From: an uncultured candidate division Zixibacteria bacterium
Lineage (GTDB): Bacteria > Zixibacteria > MSB-5A5 > GN15 > FEB-12
NCBI GenBank assembly: GCA_963735035.1
Contig: CAVTJJ010000002.1
Location: 64,001-128,000, forward strand
Length of the DNA: 64,000 nucleotides
Reading direction: 5' to 3'
The translations under genes were made by a program, and so were the position numbers. Below, one piece after another: positions 18,770 to 28,793 of the stretch. The notes beneath the pieces are model-generated. The model was not told where the DNA came from and searched no databases. It saw only the letters and a list, made by a program, of their open reading frames with translations. Each line of letters opens with the position of its first letter. The first letter of the stretch is position 1.

Positions 18770-19134
18770 TGCGAGGCATTCGCGGCGCCATTTGCGCTGA
18801 GGCCAATACGCGCGAAGCTGTCTTCGGAGCGACCAGAACACTCCTGACCACGATGATTGAGCGCAACGAGATCGACATTGAACGCATCGCCTCAATCTTT
18901 CTAACGGCGACTCCCGATCTGACAGCCGAGTTTCCCGCCTATGCGGTTCGTGATATTGGGCTGTCGATGGTACCTCTACTGTGCGCCTCAGAAATAAACG
19001 TGCCCGGAGCTATGAAGTCTGTTATTCGCATTTTGATACACGTGGACATCGACAAAAGCCAGGCCCAGATCAAACATTGCTACCTGGGCGAGGCCGCTCG
19101 TTTGCGGCCCGACCTGGCCGGAGGAGTGAAATGA
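18766..19134 (+). CDS. aroH: Chorismate mutase, AroH class
   Basis: MRGIRGA, TPDLTAEFPA, YLGEAARLRPDL. Confidence 0.93.
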   Translation: MMRGIRGAICAEANTREAVFGATRTLLTTMIERNEIDIERIASIFLTATPDLTAEFPAYAVRDIGLSMVPLLCASEINVPGAMKSVIRILIHVDIDKSQAQIKHCYLGEAARLRPDLAGGVK

Positions 19135-20147
19135 TGATTATCGTACTCAAGAAGGGTTCATCCGTCAAGGATATGGCCGGCGTTATAAGACACATCGAAA
19201 GTCTGGGACTCAAACCGCACATCTCGGAAGGCGAGGAAAAAACGATCATCGGGGCGATTGGTGACGAACGCGTAATCGACAAGGAGAAGCTCCTCGCCCT
19301 GGACGGTGTCGAAGCTCTCATCCCCATTCTCAAGCCCTACAAATTGGCATCCAGAGAATTCAAACCCGACTCGACCCTTGTCAGTGTGAATGGAACCAAA
19401 ATCGGCAACGGCTCCGTGGTTGTGATGGCCGGACCCTGCGCCGTGGAAAGTTACGACCAGGTGCTCGAAGCGGCCATACGGGCTAAAGCGGCCGGCGCGA
19501 AGATCCTGCGCGGCGGCGCGTTCAAGCCACGTACTTCCCCGTACGCTTTTCAGGGACTCGGCAAAGCCGGACTTGAGATTCTCGCTCGCGTGCGCGATAA
19601 AGTCGGACTCCCGGTCGTATCCGAATGTCTGTCCCAGGATGATGTATCGCTTCTATCCGAGTATGTGGACATCATTCAGGTCGGCGCCCGCAACATGCAG
19701 AATTTCGCCATGCTGGAACAGGTGGGCAAACAATCCCGACCAGTACTCTTGAAGCGCGGCATGATGTCAACCATCGAAGAACTACTCATGTCGGCCGAAT
19801 ATATCCTGGCCAACGGCAACTATAACGTCATTCTATGTGAGCGTGGTATCCGCACTTTCGAGAAGCTCACTCGAAATACCTGCGACATCACCGCTGTCCC
19901 TCTGCTTAAGTCACTGACTCATCTCCCGGTAATCGTAGATCCTTCTCACGCGACCGGAAGCCGATCGTTGACTACGCCGGTTTCTCTGGCCGCGGTAGCG
20001 GCCGGGGCTGACGGATTGATTATCGAGATACATCCCAATCCCGAGAAGGCGCTGTGCGACGGCCATCAATCACTCTACCTCGACCAGTTCGACGAACTCA
20101 TGAAACAAGTCCGCACTGTCGCCCAGGCGGTCGGTAAGGCGGTATGA
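19131..20147 (+). CDS. aroF: DAHP synthase type I-beta with N-terminal regulatory (ferredoxin-like/ACT) domain
   Basis: MIIVLK start after GGAG, AGPCAVES, RGGAFKPRTSPYAFQG, GARNMQN, DPSHATG. Confidence 0.93.
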   Translation: MMIIVLKKGSSVKDMAGVIRHIESLGLKPHISEGEEKTIIGAIGDERVIDKEKLLALDGVEALIPILKPYKLASREFKPDSTLVSVNGTKIGNGSVVVMAGPCAVESYDQVLEAAIRAKAAGAKILRGGAFKPRTSPYAFQGLGKAGLEILARVRDKVGLPVVSECLSQDDVSLLSEYVDIIQVGARNMQNFAMLEQVGKQSRPVLLKRGMMSTIEELLMSAEYILANGNYNVILCERGIRTFEKLTRNTCDITAVPLLKSLTHLPVIVDPSHATGSRSLTTPVSLAAVAAGADGLIIEIHPNPEKALCDGHQSLYLDQFDELMKQVRTVAQAVGKAV

Positions 20148-20981
20148 TGTCGTTGTCGGCCCTCAGAATCGGTATTGTCGGCCTCGGACAGATCGGCGGA
20201 TCTATTGCGACCAGGCTTAGTATGATGAAAGAGCCACCGGCAATTCTCGGCTTTGACCTGAGGCCGGACCTGCTGCATGCGGCTCAGGAACGACACATAA
20301 TCGCCCGTATCGCCAGATCAGAAGCCGAACTGGTCAGAGACAGCGATCTCATTGTGATAGCCCTGCCGATTGGGGAAATTCTCGCCTTCTTGAGAAGACA
20401 GCAGGAAGGTCTAAGACAGAAAGTCGCAGTTACCGATACCGGATCACTCAAGCTGGCAATCACACATCTCGCCGCTGAACTTGGTATGAACAACTTTGTC
20501 GGCGGCCACCCGCTCGCCGGAACAGAGAAACGCGGCATTGCCTCATGGAGCGCCACGCTCTTCGAAGATGCGAATTACTTTCTCGCATGCGGAGCCGATG
20601 CTGACAGAAATGCTCTCAGAGTGGTAACAGACCTGGTTGGTGTCCTGGGAGCCAAGGCGCTTCCAGTCGATCCGGAGCGGCACGACCGTATCTTCGCCTT
20701 TACCAGCGGTCTTCCCCATATCATGGCTTATTCTCTGATGCGTACGTTCGAGACAATCCCCGATGGTATTCCCGACAAAGCTCTCTTCAGTGCGCCCAGC
20801 TTCAACGGTGCAACTCGTGTGACCAGCTCAGACCCTGAGATGGTATTTCAAGCGCTCTGGAATAATCAGCAGCAATCTCTCCACCGGGCTGGAGTCGTTG
20901 CTTGAGTGCCTGAATGCTGCCAAGAAAGCCCTGGACGACAACGACCCGCAGAGCTTCCGGCGACTGCTCGGACTCCTATAA
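20144..20981 (+). pseudogene. tyrA: Prephenate dehydrogenase with a frameshift near 20870 (real lesion or sequencing error)
   Basis: GLGQIGGS, TDTGSLK, FVGGHPLAG, HD...TSGLPH; ORF stops at 20905 but another frame continues NLSTGLESLLECLNAAKKALDDNDPQSFRRLLGLL* to 20981. Confidence 0.8.
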
Positions 20982-21074
20982 GAAATCGCTCGATCAGCGT
21001 CGTATCAACCGAGAGAGTGTGCCCCGCTAAATACTTGGCGGAGCCCCGGGGCGATTCCGTATATTATCAGCGTT

Positions 21075-21821
21075 ATGAATACCACGCCGGTCCTGCTAAT
21101 TGAAGGTCTCACGAAGCGGTACGGTTCTGTCCGGGCCGTCAACGGAATCTCATTTGCCATACAACCCGGCGAGATTCTGGGTCTGCTCGGTCCCAACGGA
21201 GCCGGCAAATCCACGACCATCAACATGATCCTGGGTATTCTGCGGCCGACCTCCGGAACCATTGAGGTTTTCGGGAAGGACGCCGCAATCGATCGCGCTG
21301 AAATCAGCCAGAACATCAATTTCGCTGCCGTCTATGCCCACCTTCCCCTCAATCTGACCGTTCGCCAGAATCTGCGTATATTCGGTCTGCTGTACAACGT
21401 CAAACCGCTGCAAGAGCGTATTTCGACCCTGCTGCGCGAGTTCGAACTGGAGCAATTCGCCGACACCCGAGCGGGATTGCTGTCGTCAGGAGAGTTGAGT
21501 CGACTCAGCCTGGCGAAGGCGATTGTGAACAATCCCCGTCTGCTGCTCCTCGACGAACCCACTGCGTCGCTCGACCCCAGCATTGCCGGCTTCATCCGGG
21601 AATCAATCAAGGACTACGTGGCGCGAACCAGGACAGCGGTCCTGTGGACTTCGCACAACATGCGCGAGATCGAGGCAGTCTGCGACCGCGTGCTGTTCCT
21701 TTCGCATGGAAGCATTCTTCTTTCGGGCAATCCGCAAACGCTCCCGGGCGAATACGGGAAGAGTGACCTGGAAGAGTTGTTCATCACGGTAGCCCGCGAG
21801 CCGTTGTCGCTGAGAGAATAG
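21075..21821 (+). CDS. ABC-2 type transporter ATP-binding protein
   Basis: GPNGAGKST, LSSGE, LLLLDEPT. Confidence 0.92.
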   Translation: MNTTPVLLIEGLTKRYGSVRAVNGISFAIQPGEILGLLGPNGAGKSTTINMILGILRPTSGTIEVFGKDAAIDRAEISQNINFAAVYAHLPLNLTVRQNLRIFGLLYNVKPLQERISTLLREFELEQFADTRAGLLSSGELSRLSLAKAIVNNPRLLLLDEPTASLDPSIAGFIRESIKDYVARTRTAVLWTSHNMREIEAVCDRVLFLSHGSILLSGNPQTLPGEYGKSDLEELFITVAREPLSLRE

Positions 21822-21824
21822 GCT

Positions 21825-22631
21825 ATGATAGCGTCACGTACCTACGCCGTCTTTCTCCGTCAGCTCTATCTCTACCGGGGCAATCTGACTCGTCCGGCCA
21901 GTGTCTTCATCTGGCTCCTTATCGATATCATTCAGTGGGGCTTCATCAGCAAATTTCTCGGCGTAATTGGACATACGACTTTCGATTTCCTGAGCGCCAT
22001 TCTGGGAGCGATCGTCCTGTGGGGATTCTTCAACCGAATTCAACAGGGGATGATGACCAGCTTTCTCGAAGATGTCTGGAGTCTGAACTTTGTCAATTTC
22101 TTCGCCTCCCCTCTCAGAATATCCGAATACCTGAGCGGCATGGCTTTGACAAGTATTGTCACGGGCATGGCCGGTTTCATTCTGGGAGTTCTTCTCGCCG
22201 CGGTGGCTTTTGGCTTCGACATTCTCAAGATAGGCCTGCTGTTGATTCCGTTTATGGGGATACTGTTCCTTTTCGCGCTGGCGATGGGGATCTTCGTGTC
22301 CGGCGTGATCTTTCGATTCGGCCCCACCGCCGAGTGGCTCGGCTGGCCGATTCCGCTGGTTCTGTCGATCTTCTCCGGCGTCTACTACCCGATCGCCACT
22401 CTACCGCTCGCACTTCGCATGGTCGCCAAAGCTATCCCCGCCTCGTATGTCTTCGAGAGCTTGCGAAGCCTGATCCAAACGGGCAAGTTCTCGGCTGACC
22501 TCGGTGTGAATCTGCTGATCGGCGGCGGGCTCGCGTTATTGTACGTCGGCGCGGCGTATCTATTCTTCATCCGCGTCTATCGCCGCAATCTGGAAACAGG
22601 CGCGATCGCACATTACAGCGCCGAATCTTAG
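21825..22631 (+). CDS. ABC-2 type transporter permease
   Basis: 6 TM helices, FSGVYYPIATLP. Confidence 0.88.
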   Translation: MIASRTYAVFLRQLYLYRGNLTRPASVFIWLLIDIIQWGFISKFLGVIGHTTFDFLSAILGAIVLWGFFNRIQQGMMTSFLEDVWSLNFVNFFASPLRISEYLSGMALTSIVTGMAGFILGVLLAAVAFGFDILKIGLLLIPFMGILFLFALAMGIFVSGVIFRFGPTAEWLGWPIPLVLSIFSGVYYPIATLPLALRMVAKAIPASYVFESLRSLIQTGKFSADLGVNLLIGGGLALLYVGAAYLFFIRVYRRNLETGAIAHYSAES

Positions 22632-22653
22632 TATAATTCTGAAGGTGTAGAGC

Positions 22654-23586
22654 ATGACTAACGAGAACGACGGACTATCGCACCACGGCATCGATGATTC
22701 CTCGACAAAGAGCTTTGACAATGATACTCTTCGCCTGCTGCTCAACCGGTCCAGTTGTCGGAGCTTTGAGGATCGAACGATACCCGAAGATATTCTCACG
22801 ACTGTCCTCGAAGGCGGGACCCGCGCCGCGACAGGCGGTAATCTTCAGCCATATTCCATAATTGAAATCAGGAATCCGGAGACCAGGAAGCGTCTGGCCG
22901 AGCTGAACGAGGATCAGAGCTTTATCGAGACCGCCCCGGTCGACCTGGTATTCTGCATAGATTGGCGACGACTGAGCCGGTGGGCCGCACTCGAACGCGC
23001 GCCCTTTACTGCGGACAAATCCTTCCGCCATTTCTGGATCTCGTTTCAAGATACGATTATCGCCGCGCAGAACATATGCACGGCGGCCGACGCACTCGGC
23101 CTGGGCTCCGTGTATGTTGGCACGATTATCGACCGGCTACGAGAACATCGACAAATTCTTCAACTACCCCGTGGCGTCTTCCCGGTCGTATTGCTTTCAC
23201 TTGGATATCCCAAGTTCCGACCGGCCACCAAGAGGAAACTCGGCCCGGACAGTATCGTTCATCGGGAGGTGTACCGCGATGCCTCGGATGAGGACTTGCG
23301 ACGGATGTTCGAGGAAAAGTACCCCGCGTGGCGCAAGGAGACTACTCCCGAACGCCTGGAAGAGATCGCACAAGTCTGCCGGTTGGTCGGCGGCGAACGA
23401 CTTGCGCGCGAGTGTTTGAAGCGGATCGATGAAAACGGCTACATCAACGCCGCCCAGAACTACTTTGGACTGCACTATCGCGCCGATTTGATGCCGCAGG
23501 GGAACGAAGAGTATCTCTCACTTATGAAGGAGTTCGGGTTCGCCTGGTTTGTAAAGTATACCCCACCCGGAGGTAGCGAATCATAG
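22654..23586 (+). CDS. Nitroreductase family protein (NfsA/FRP-like)
   Basis: RSSCRSF, ATGGNLQPY, DTIIAAQN...LGLGSVYVG. Confidence 0.88.
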   Translation: MTNENDGLSHHGIDDSSTKSFDNDTLRLLLNRSSCRSFEDRTIPEDILTTVLEGGTRAATGGNLQPYSIIEIRNPETRKRLAELNEDQSFIETAPVDLVFCIDWRRLSRWAALERAPFTADKSFRHFWISFQDTIIAAQNICTAADALGLGSVYVGTIIDRLREHRQILQLPRGVFPVVLLSLGYPKFRPATKRKLGPDSIVHREVYRDASDEDLRRMFEEKYPAWRKETTPERLEEIAQVCRLVGGERLARECLKRIDENGYINAAQNYFGLHYRADLMPQGNEEYLSLMKEFGFAWFVKYTPPGGSES

Positions 23587-23760
23587 CAGCGATAATGGAT
23601 TGTGTGCCTGTGTCTTGGAAAACAAACGGTAGAGAACTCTTCCATAACCAGTACGCATTGCCCTGTAATAGAAATAGCCCGGCGCTGCAGGTGCAACACC
23701 GGGCCATTGTGCCTCAGTCAGCAATAGTGCCGACTGAGCCATCCTCCCTCATCTCACAGT

Positions 23761-26187
23761 TTACTTCATCAATATCATCTTCTTCGTTTCCACGAAGTCA
23801 CCGGCGGTCAGGCGGTACATGTAGACACCGCTGGCCTGCGCGATTGCGTCCCAGGTGATACTGTGTTGACCTGCTTCGAGTCGCTGCTCGACAAGCGTAG
23901 CGACCTTCTGGCCGAGCACGTTGAATACTTCCAGACGTACATCGGCCGCCACCGGCAATGCGAACGTAATTTCCGTCACCGGGTTGAACGGGTTCGGGTA
24001 GTTCTGGGCAAGACCGAAGGTGATCGGAAGTGTCTCGGCTATCAGGTCACCGCCGAGCAGCACTACCGACTCGCTCAACTGATTGTCAACAACCACACCA
24101 GAGATGAGCGTGTACTCTCCAGCCAGTTGAACAACTTCAGTCACCCCGGCACTAACGGTCTGACCACCGTCGACATCAATCATCCCCAGGCGGACAAGAT
24201 CACCGGTCTGTCCGTAGAATTGGTTCAGCTTGTCGTTGACCAGATTGACTGGCGACGCGTTCTCAGGTCCACTTAATTCCACTTGCAGACCCCGGAGAGC
24301 TACCGGGGAGTTGACACTGATTGTAGTCACACCGTTTTCGAATGTCGACTGCAGTGAGACTCCTGCGAAAGAACTCTTGAGAGCGGGTCCGCCCTGGTTT
24401 ATGCAACCGCACTGCAGTGGCACTGCTCCACTGACAAACAGGGTATCGATCAGTAGGGCCACGTCACTGATGGTGGCATCTGCGCCACAACTACCATTCA
24501 CGTCGGTAGCGTTGAGGTTACACAACCTCACACCACTGATGAATAAGTGATCGATCAACTTCGAAATGTCACCGATAGTAACATCTCCGTCGTTGTTTGC
24601 ATCGCCGGGGCGGTAACCAAGGATCTCGGTCGAGTCACGGCCGAAATCGAAGGTCGGCACGAATCCCTGGAAATTGATATCAGCAAACTCCAGCCTGCGA
24701 CCTGCCGAAGCTGATAACGCGGTATCCCAGTGAATATAGTAGCTATCTCTGCATGAGCGCGGCGCAATGTATTCAATATTGAACAAGGTGGTTGCTCCGA
24801 CTGGAATGCGCTGCCCAAGAGTGTTCGCCAGCCCAACTGTCAGAAAACCGGAATCCGCTTTGATCGTTGTGACTTTGTAGTCCCAGCTCTCAGTGATTAG
24901 GCCCGTGAAGGATACATCGCACACCTCGACGCCGTCAGGAATCTTGAGCGATACGGTGGCGGCGACCGCTTCCTGGGCTAGATCGCAGGCGACCGGTTGA
25001 ACGGCATATCCTTGGGCGGGACCAGGTTGACCAAACTCGCATGAGTCGCAGGGCCGAGCCGCCAGTGACGGAACTGATAAAGAAGAGGGCAACACAAAAG
25101 GGGCGACGCAGATGTCGTCAACTGCAAATACTGCGTCGCTTGAAGTCGCGTATCCATGTAGCTGAACGTCGATTGACGCCGGACCACTCACGGATGCCGT
25201 GACAGTTCCCTCTACGAGGTGCCACTCAGATGAAATTGGCAAGAGGAACGGGGCTACCCGAGGGTTGGAACCTCCATCTAGTAGATTAATGTCCAAGATG
25301 GATGCGTCGGGGTCCGACGTATCATGTGTGTATTGCTCGCGGATCCAAAAGGTCACGTGATACATGACACCCGCTTCCACATTGAACTGCCCGGAAGTAC
25401 TCCGCATGGAGGCATCATAGTATCCTGCTCCTGACGGAAACGTGAAAGCGGCACAGGTTTGTCCCGAATGTGGGTTGAAGGTCATGGCCGTCCATCCGCT
25501 GGGATACTGGTAAGCGGTCCAGTTCACAAGTCCGCCTTCAAAACCGTCACAAAACTCCTCTTCTGAGCTGATAGAGATGTAGTCCATATCGCAAATGGCG
25601 TCCCAGTTCTGAACAAAGCGAAGTTTGACAAGTAGATCGGGGATTGACCAGCTCTTTGATACTATCAGTGCAAAATCGGGATCAGAATCGCTCTTAGCCC
25701 ATAGTTCACCGCCGTCGGGACGGATCACCACTCTAATTGTTGTCCACTGATTTTCTGTAGTCGGGCCATTTGTATGGACATCTGTCCACTCATTCCCGAA
25801 TCGCCAGCCGTAACCCGCGCCTGGGAGATACGTAATATAGTCGTAGTCGGCTTCGCTGTCTGTCGCACCCCAGAATACTCCGAGGGTTGGCAAAGTATAG
25901 TTCCAGCCACCGCTTATTAGTCTGGACCGGGTCTCTATAGTAATGGGGAGCCCAAGTTCAAGAAGCTTGTCAGCGCAGCCGCTGTAGGACCCATCTGATC
26001 CGATGTGGAGCCAGCCGTTTACAGTATCTACATAGATTGAATCGTCGCTGGCTATCCATCCCCCGGAGCCGATGACATCGGTACTGAAATCTTCGAAGTA
26101 GACTATATCTGCCTCAGACCGTTGTGCCATAACGGCCGTAAGGAAGAATGCGACAATGATCCAACACGCCCTTCTCAGAGTGTTCAT
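23761..26187 (-). CDS. Secreted multidomain protein: lectin/CBM-like region, cohesin-like, dockerin-like, FlgD/T9SS-type C-terminal domain
   Basis: Signal peptide; PGDANNDGDVTIGDISKLIDHLF and DVNGSC...TISDVALLIDTLF; LAQNYPNPFNP...KKMILMK. Confidence 0.8.
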   Translation of the reverse strand: MNTLRRACWIIVAFFLTAVMAQRSEADIVYFEDFSTDVIGSGGWIASDDSIYVDTVNGWLHIGSDGSYSGCADKLLELGLPITIETRSRLISGGWNYTLPTLGVFWGATDSEADYDYITYLPGAGYGWRFGNEWTDVHTNGPTTENQWTTIRVVIRPDGGELWAKSDSDPDFALIVSKSWSIPDLLVKLRFVQNWDAICDMDYISISSEEEFCDGFEGGLVNWTAYQYPSGWTAMTFNPHSGQTCAAFTFPSGAGYYDASMRSTSGQFNVEAGVMYHVTFWIREQYTHDTSDPDASILDINLLDGGSNPRVAPFLLPISSEWHLVEGTVTASVSGPASIDVQLHGYATSSDAVFAVDDICVAPFVLPSSLSVPSLAARPCDSCEFGQPGPAQGYAVQPVACDLAQEAVAATVSLKIPDGVEVCDVSFTGLITESWDYKVTTIKADSGFLTVGLANTLGQRIPVGATTLFNIEYIAPRSCRDSYYIHWDTALSASAGRRLEFADINFQGFVPTFDFGRDSTEILGYRPGDANNDGDVTIGDISKLIDHLFISGVRLCNLNATDVNGSCGADATISDVALLIDTLFVSGAVPLQCGCINQGGPALKSSFAGVSLQSTFENGVTTISVNSPVALRGLQVELSGPENASPVNLVNDKLNQFYGQTGDLVRLGMIDVDGGQTVSAGVTEVVQLAGEYTLISGVVVDNQLSESVVLLGGDLIAETLPITFGLAQNYPNPFNPVTEITFALPVAADVRLEVFNVLGQKVATLVEQRLEAGQHSITWDAIAQASGVYMYRLTAGDFVETKKMILMK

Positions 26188-26363
26188 TTGAGCCTCCATA
26201 ACACTGAATGACCTTGTATCGCCATGTCCATCCTTACGCTAATTGGAAGGCTTGGAATGACGACTCGTTCTAATTCTCTAGTAGAGTCCGAAAGGGGGAA
26301 TTGTAGAAGACAATGTGCTGGTTATCGGAATTCTATCGGGGGCAGACAATAGAGAAAGACGAC

Positions 26364-28793
26364 TTACTGTGCTGCATTATCGAATATGATTCCGGCCGCC
26401 TCGTGGTGGACTATCGAGTCGCCATGATAGACAACGACCTCACTCTTGAGTGAATCAAGCAGAGCTTCGGGCTCTTTGAGCGGCTGCATCCCAACTACGC
26501 GCATGAGATCGGTCAGTTGCGACAGTGCTCCATCAGAAGCTACGACTCGGATTGGTATAAAATGTTCATCCAAATAGTAATAGAAACTTACAAGCTCCAG
26601 TGGTTCCATAAGACGGCGGCCGTCAACGGAGAGCCCGTACCCTTCACCTACCCGAATCTCCCAGGTCATACTTACCGAGTCAAAAGAGATAAAAGTGCAC
26701 ACGCTCCTGACCTCAGGCGCGCTCGATAGGGGTGTCTCAGGAAGCAACACGTAGAATAACTGGCTGCCGCGCGGCATGCCGGACGCAAGGAAGAGTTCGT
26801 TGTCATATGGGGGACTCACCCCCTTCAAGTTGAGCGGATCCAACACGACGATGGCGACTCCGGCCTGGCGGTTATTTGTGCCAGAAAGCACAAGTTCCTT
26901 TCTTCCGTTGCCATCTATGTCCATCGAAATGCCGTCAGTTACTCCCAATGCCCCGGTATGCAAATAGGCCTGGTTATGTACGGCGCCAGCAGTATCGAAT
27001 AGCCTAATTTGTGACCGTGATGGCAACGATGCCGTGGCGGCAGTCAACACAAAACAACCCGCCATATCTGGCAGAAGACGCAACTGCGCCAGCAGATAGT
27101 GGAGGTTCTCTGCGACACCTCCATATGCAACGTCTCCAGGGTAATTCGTTCTCTGGTAAGCAGGCTCTTCCCACATTAGCTTACCTTCGTCATCATAGAA
27201 CTGCACGTTTCCGAGACTACTTTCGCTGCAGGGTGCAAAGAACAACTCATCACGCCCATTACCGTTCACATCAACAGTGACACGGTAATCGTGCCAGGCG
27301 GCCTTATCTTCCGCTAAAGGGACTGCAAATTCGGGGCTTTCCCAAAGCACCTGCCCTTCATCGTTAATTGTGGAGAACGTTCTCCCATGAACTTCAATAT
27401 TGGCAATGTGCCAGTCGAACCACCACGGTGCAAACGTCTTGGTACTAATTACCGCAAGTAGCCCCCAGATGAGCACCAGCATTATCGGCACCTGGATCTT
27501 CGTTGCCCGGCTGTATTTATACGCCTTGCGGGCCACAAACTGCCCCATGCAGACCCGCTCCGCACGTACAATGTTCAGGTTGTCAATCACTTCACGAAAC
27601 GTCGTCGCTCCCACCAGTGTCAGTTGGCGGTGCGGGAAAGCGCGGCCCATTTCTTCAATGCACCAGCGGGCGGTCTCGAGGTTCTCCTGCGGCAGCACCA
27701 GATACCGTATAGGCGAGAAGAAAGCCCGCTCGATCTTCCGTTTCAGACTCTCGGAACTGACAGGGGTCAGCCGGCCGGATTCATTCAACCCGCCTGTAAA
27801 CACGGCTTCCATCGCCACAAATCGTTCATGCTTGTGCACTTCCGGGTGAAGCAATTGGGCATACGCCACGAGCCCCGCCGCCAGGCCGACTGAATCACCC
27901 GTGAAAGTATGATCGCTGTCCACCACTCGGTAGCGAGCCCGAACAAATCGCCCCCTCGTCGGGCCCTCGCCGCTCGTGCCAAGTAGCCGCACTGTTGCAG
28001 ACAGAGACTTGTGGATACAACCCACCAGGGGGTCGTCCGGGGTCTTGATCTGGTTGTCCACCGTCAACTCGTGGTTGGTTGCCCCGGAACGACGATATTC
28101 AGCACTCCCCTGTAGCGACCGGAGCCTCCCCCGGGTGTGTTCTCCACTCGAGTTCTTTTCGACAAACAGGCAACGGACCTCGTCGAAAGACAGCGCTACG
28201 CGCTGGATTTCCCAATCGCGAAGAATTCGGCTCACTACGGGCACAAGAGGGCTGTCGGTCTCGACAAGCTTGACGTGAACAGCTCTCAACAGATCAAGTT
28301 CTGTTAGATCATCTACCGCGTTCTTGTAGGTCGAAAGGCTTGTGTCATCCTGAGCTTGTCGAAGGGCCATCCCGACATTGTCTGTGTCGGGACCGCAGTT
28401 GTACCCTCGCGCCAGGCAGTCCAACGCGTCATCGACCGCCCCTACATAGAAGAACTTGCGGGCGGCTTCTGTAGCCAGGAGTTGGACCGCGTTACGCAAA
28501 ATGCCCGCCTGTTCATTCCCCTTGTGGTAACTTCGAAGCTCAAGAGTCATTGATAAGGTCTGCCGAAGTTCGCTGGGAAGGAGGTCAGTAAGGCATTTCT
28601 CGCTAATGTCGCGTGTTAGAAGCGAAGGATATTCGTCGAAATAACTTCTGTATGATTGGTCGTCCCGGAACTCACTCAGGCTCGGCCAGAATTCGGCCAG
28701 CAGAAGCAATCTCAGATCGGCGGCAGGCTGGCTTTCCAGGCGGCTGCGTAGCTGCTCAAAACTTCGGGCGAATGTGAGCGGCGTAGGTTTCAT
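26364..28793 (-). CDS. Membrane protein with cytoplasmic Lon (S16)-like protease domain and extracytoplasmic FG-GAP/beta-propeller region
   Basis: FTGDSVGLAAGL...AVFTGGLNESGRLTPV...LKRKIERA...LVLPQEN; TM IMLVLIWGLLAVI; DVNGNGRDELF and DIDGNGRKELV repeats. Confidence 0.7.
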   Translation of the reverse strand: MKPTPLTFARSFEQLRSRLESQPAADLRLLLLAEFWPSLSEFRDDQSYRSYFDEYPSLLTRDISEKCLTDLLPSELRQTLSMTLELRSYHKGNEQAGILRNAVQLLATEAARKFFYVGAVDDALDCLARGYNCGPDTDNVGMALRQAQDDTSLSTYKNAVDDLTELDLLRAVHVKLVETDSPLVPVVSRILRDWEIQRVALSFDEVRCLFVEKNSSGEHTRGRLRSLQGSAEYRRSGATNHELTVDNQIKTPDDPLVGCIHKSLSATVRLLGTSGEGPTRGRFVRARYRVVDSDHTFTGDSVGLAAGLVAYAQLLHPEVHKHERFVAMEAVFTGGLNESGRLTPVSSESLKRKIERAFFSPIRYLVLPQENLETARWCIEEMGRAFPHRQLTLVGATTFREVIDNLNIVRAERVCMGQFVARKAYKYSRATKIQVPIMLVLIWGLLAVISTKTFAPWWFDWHIANIEVHGRTFSTINDEGQVLWESPEFAVPLAEDKAAWHDYRVTVDVNGNGRDELFFAPCSESSLGNVQFYDDEGKLMWEEPAYQRTNYPGDVAYGGVAENLHYLLAQLRLLPDMAGCFVLTAATASLPSRSQIRLFDTAGAVHNQAYLHTGALGVTDGISMDIDGNGRKELVLSGTNNRQAGVAIVVLDPLNLKGVSPPYDNELFLASGMPRGSQLFYVLLPETPLSSAPEVRSVCTFISFDSVSMTWEIRVGEGYGLSVDGRRLMEPLELVSFYYYLDEHFIPIRVVASDGALSQLTDLMRVVGMQPLKEPEALLDSLKSEVVVYHGDSIVHHEAAGIIFDNAAQ

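Noticed and set aside
18981..19130. Extended N-terminus of DAHP synthase in the ORF track
   Set aside because: Overlaps aroH; RBS and family start support ATG at 19131
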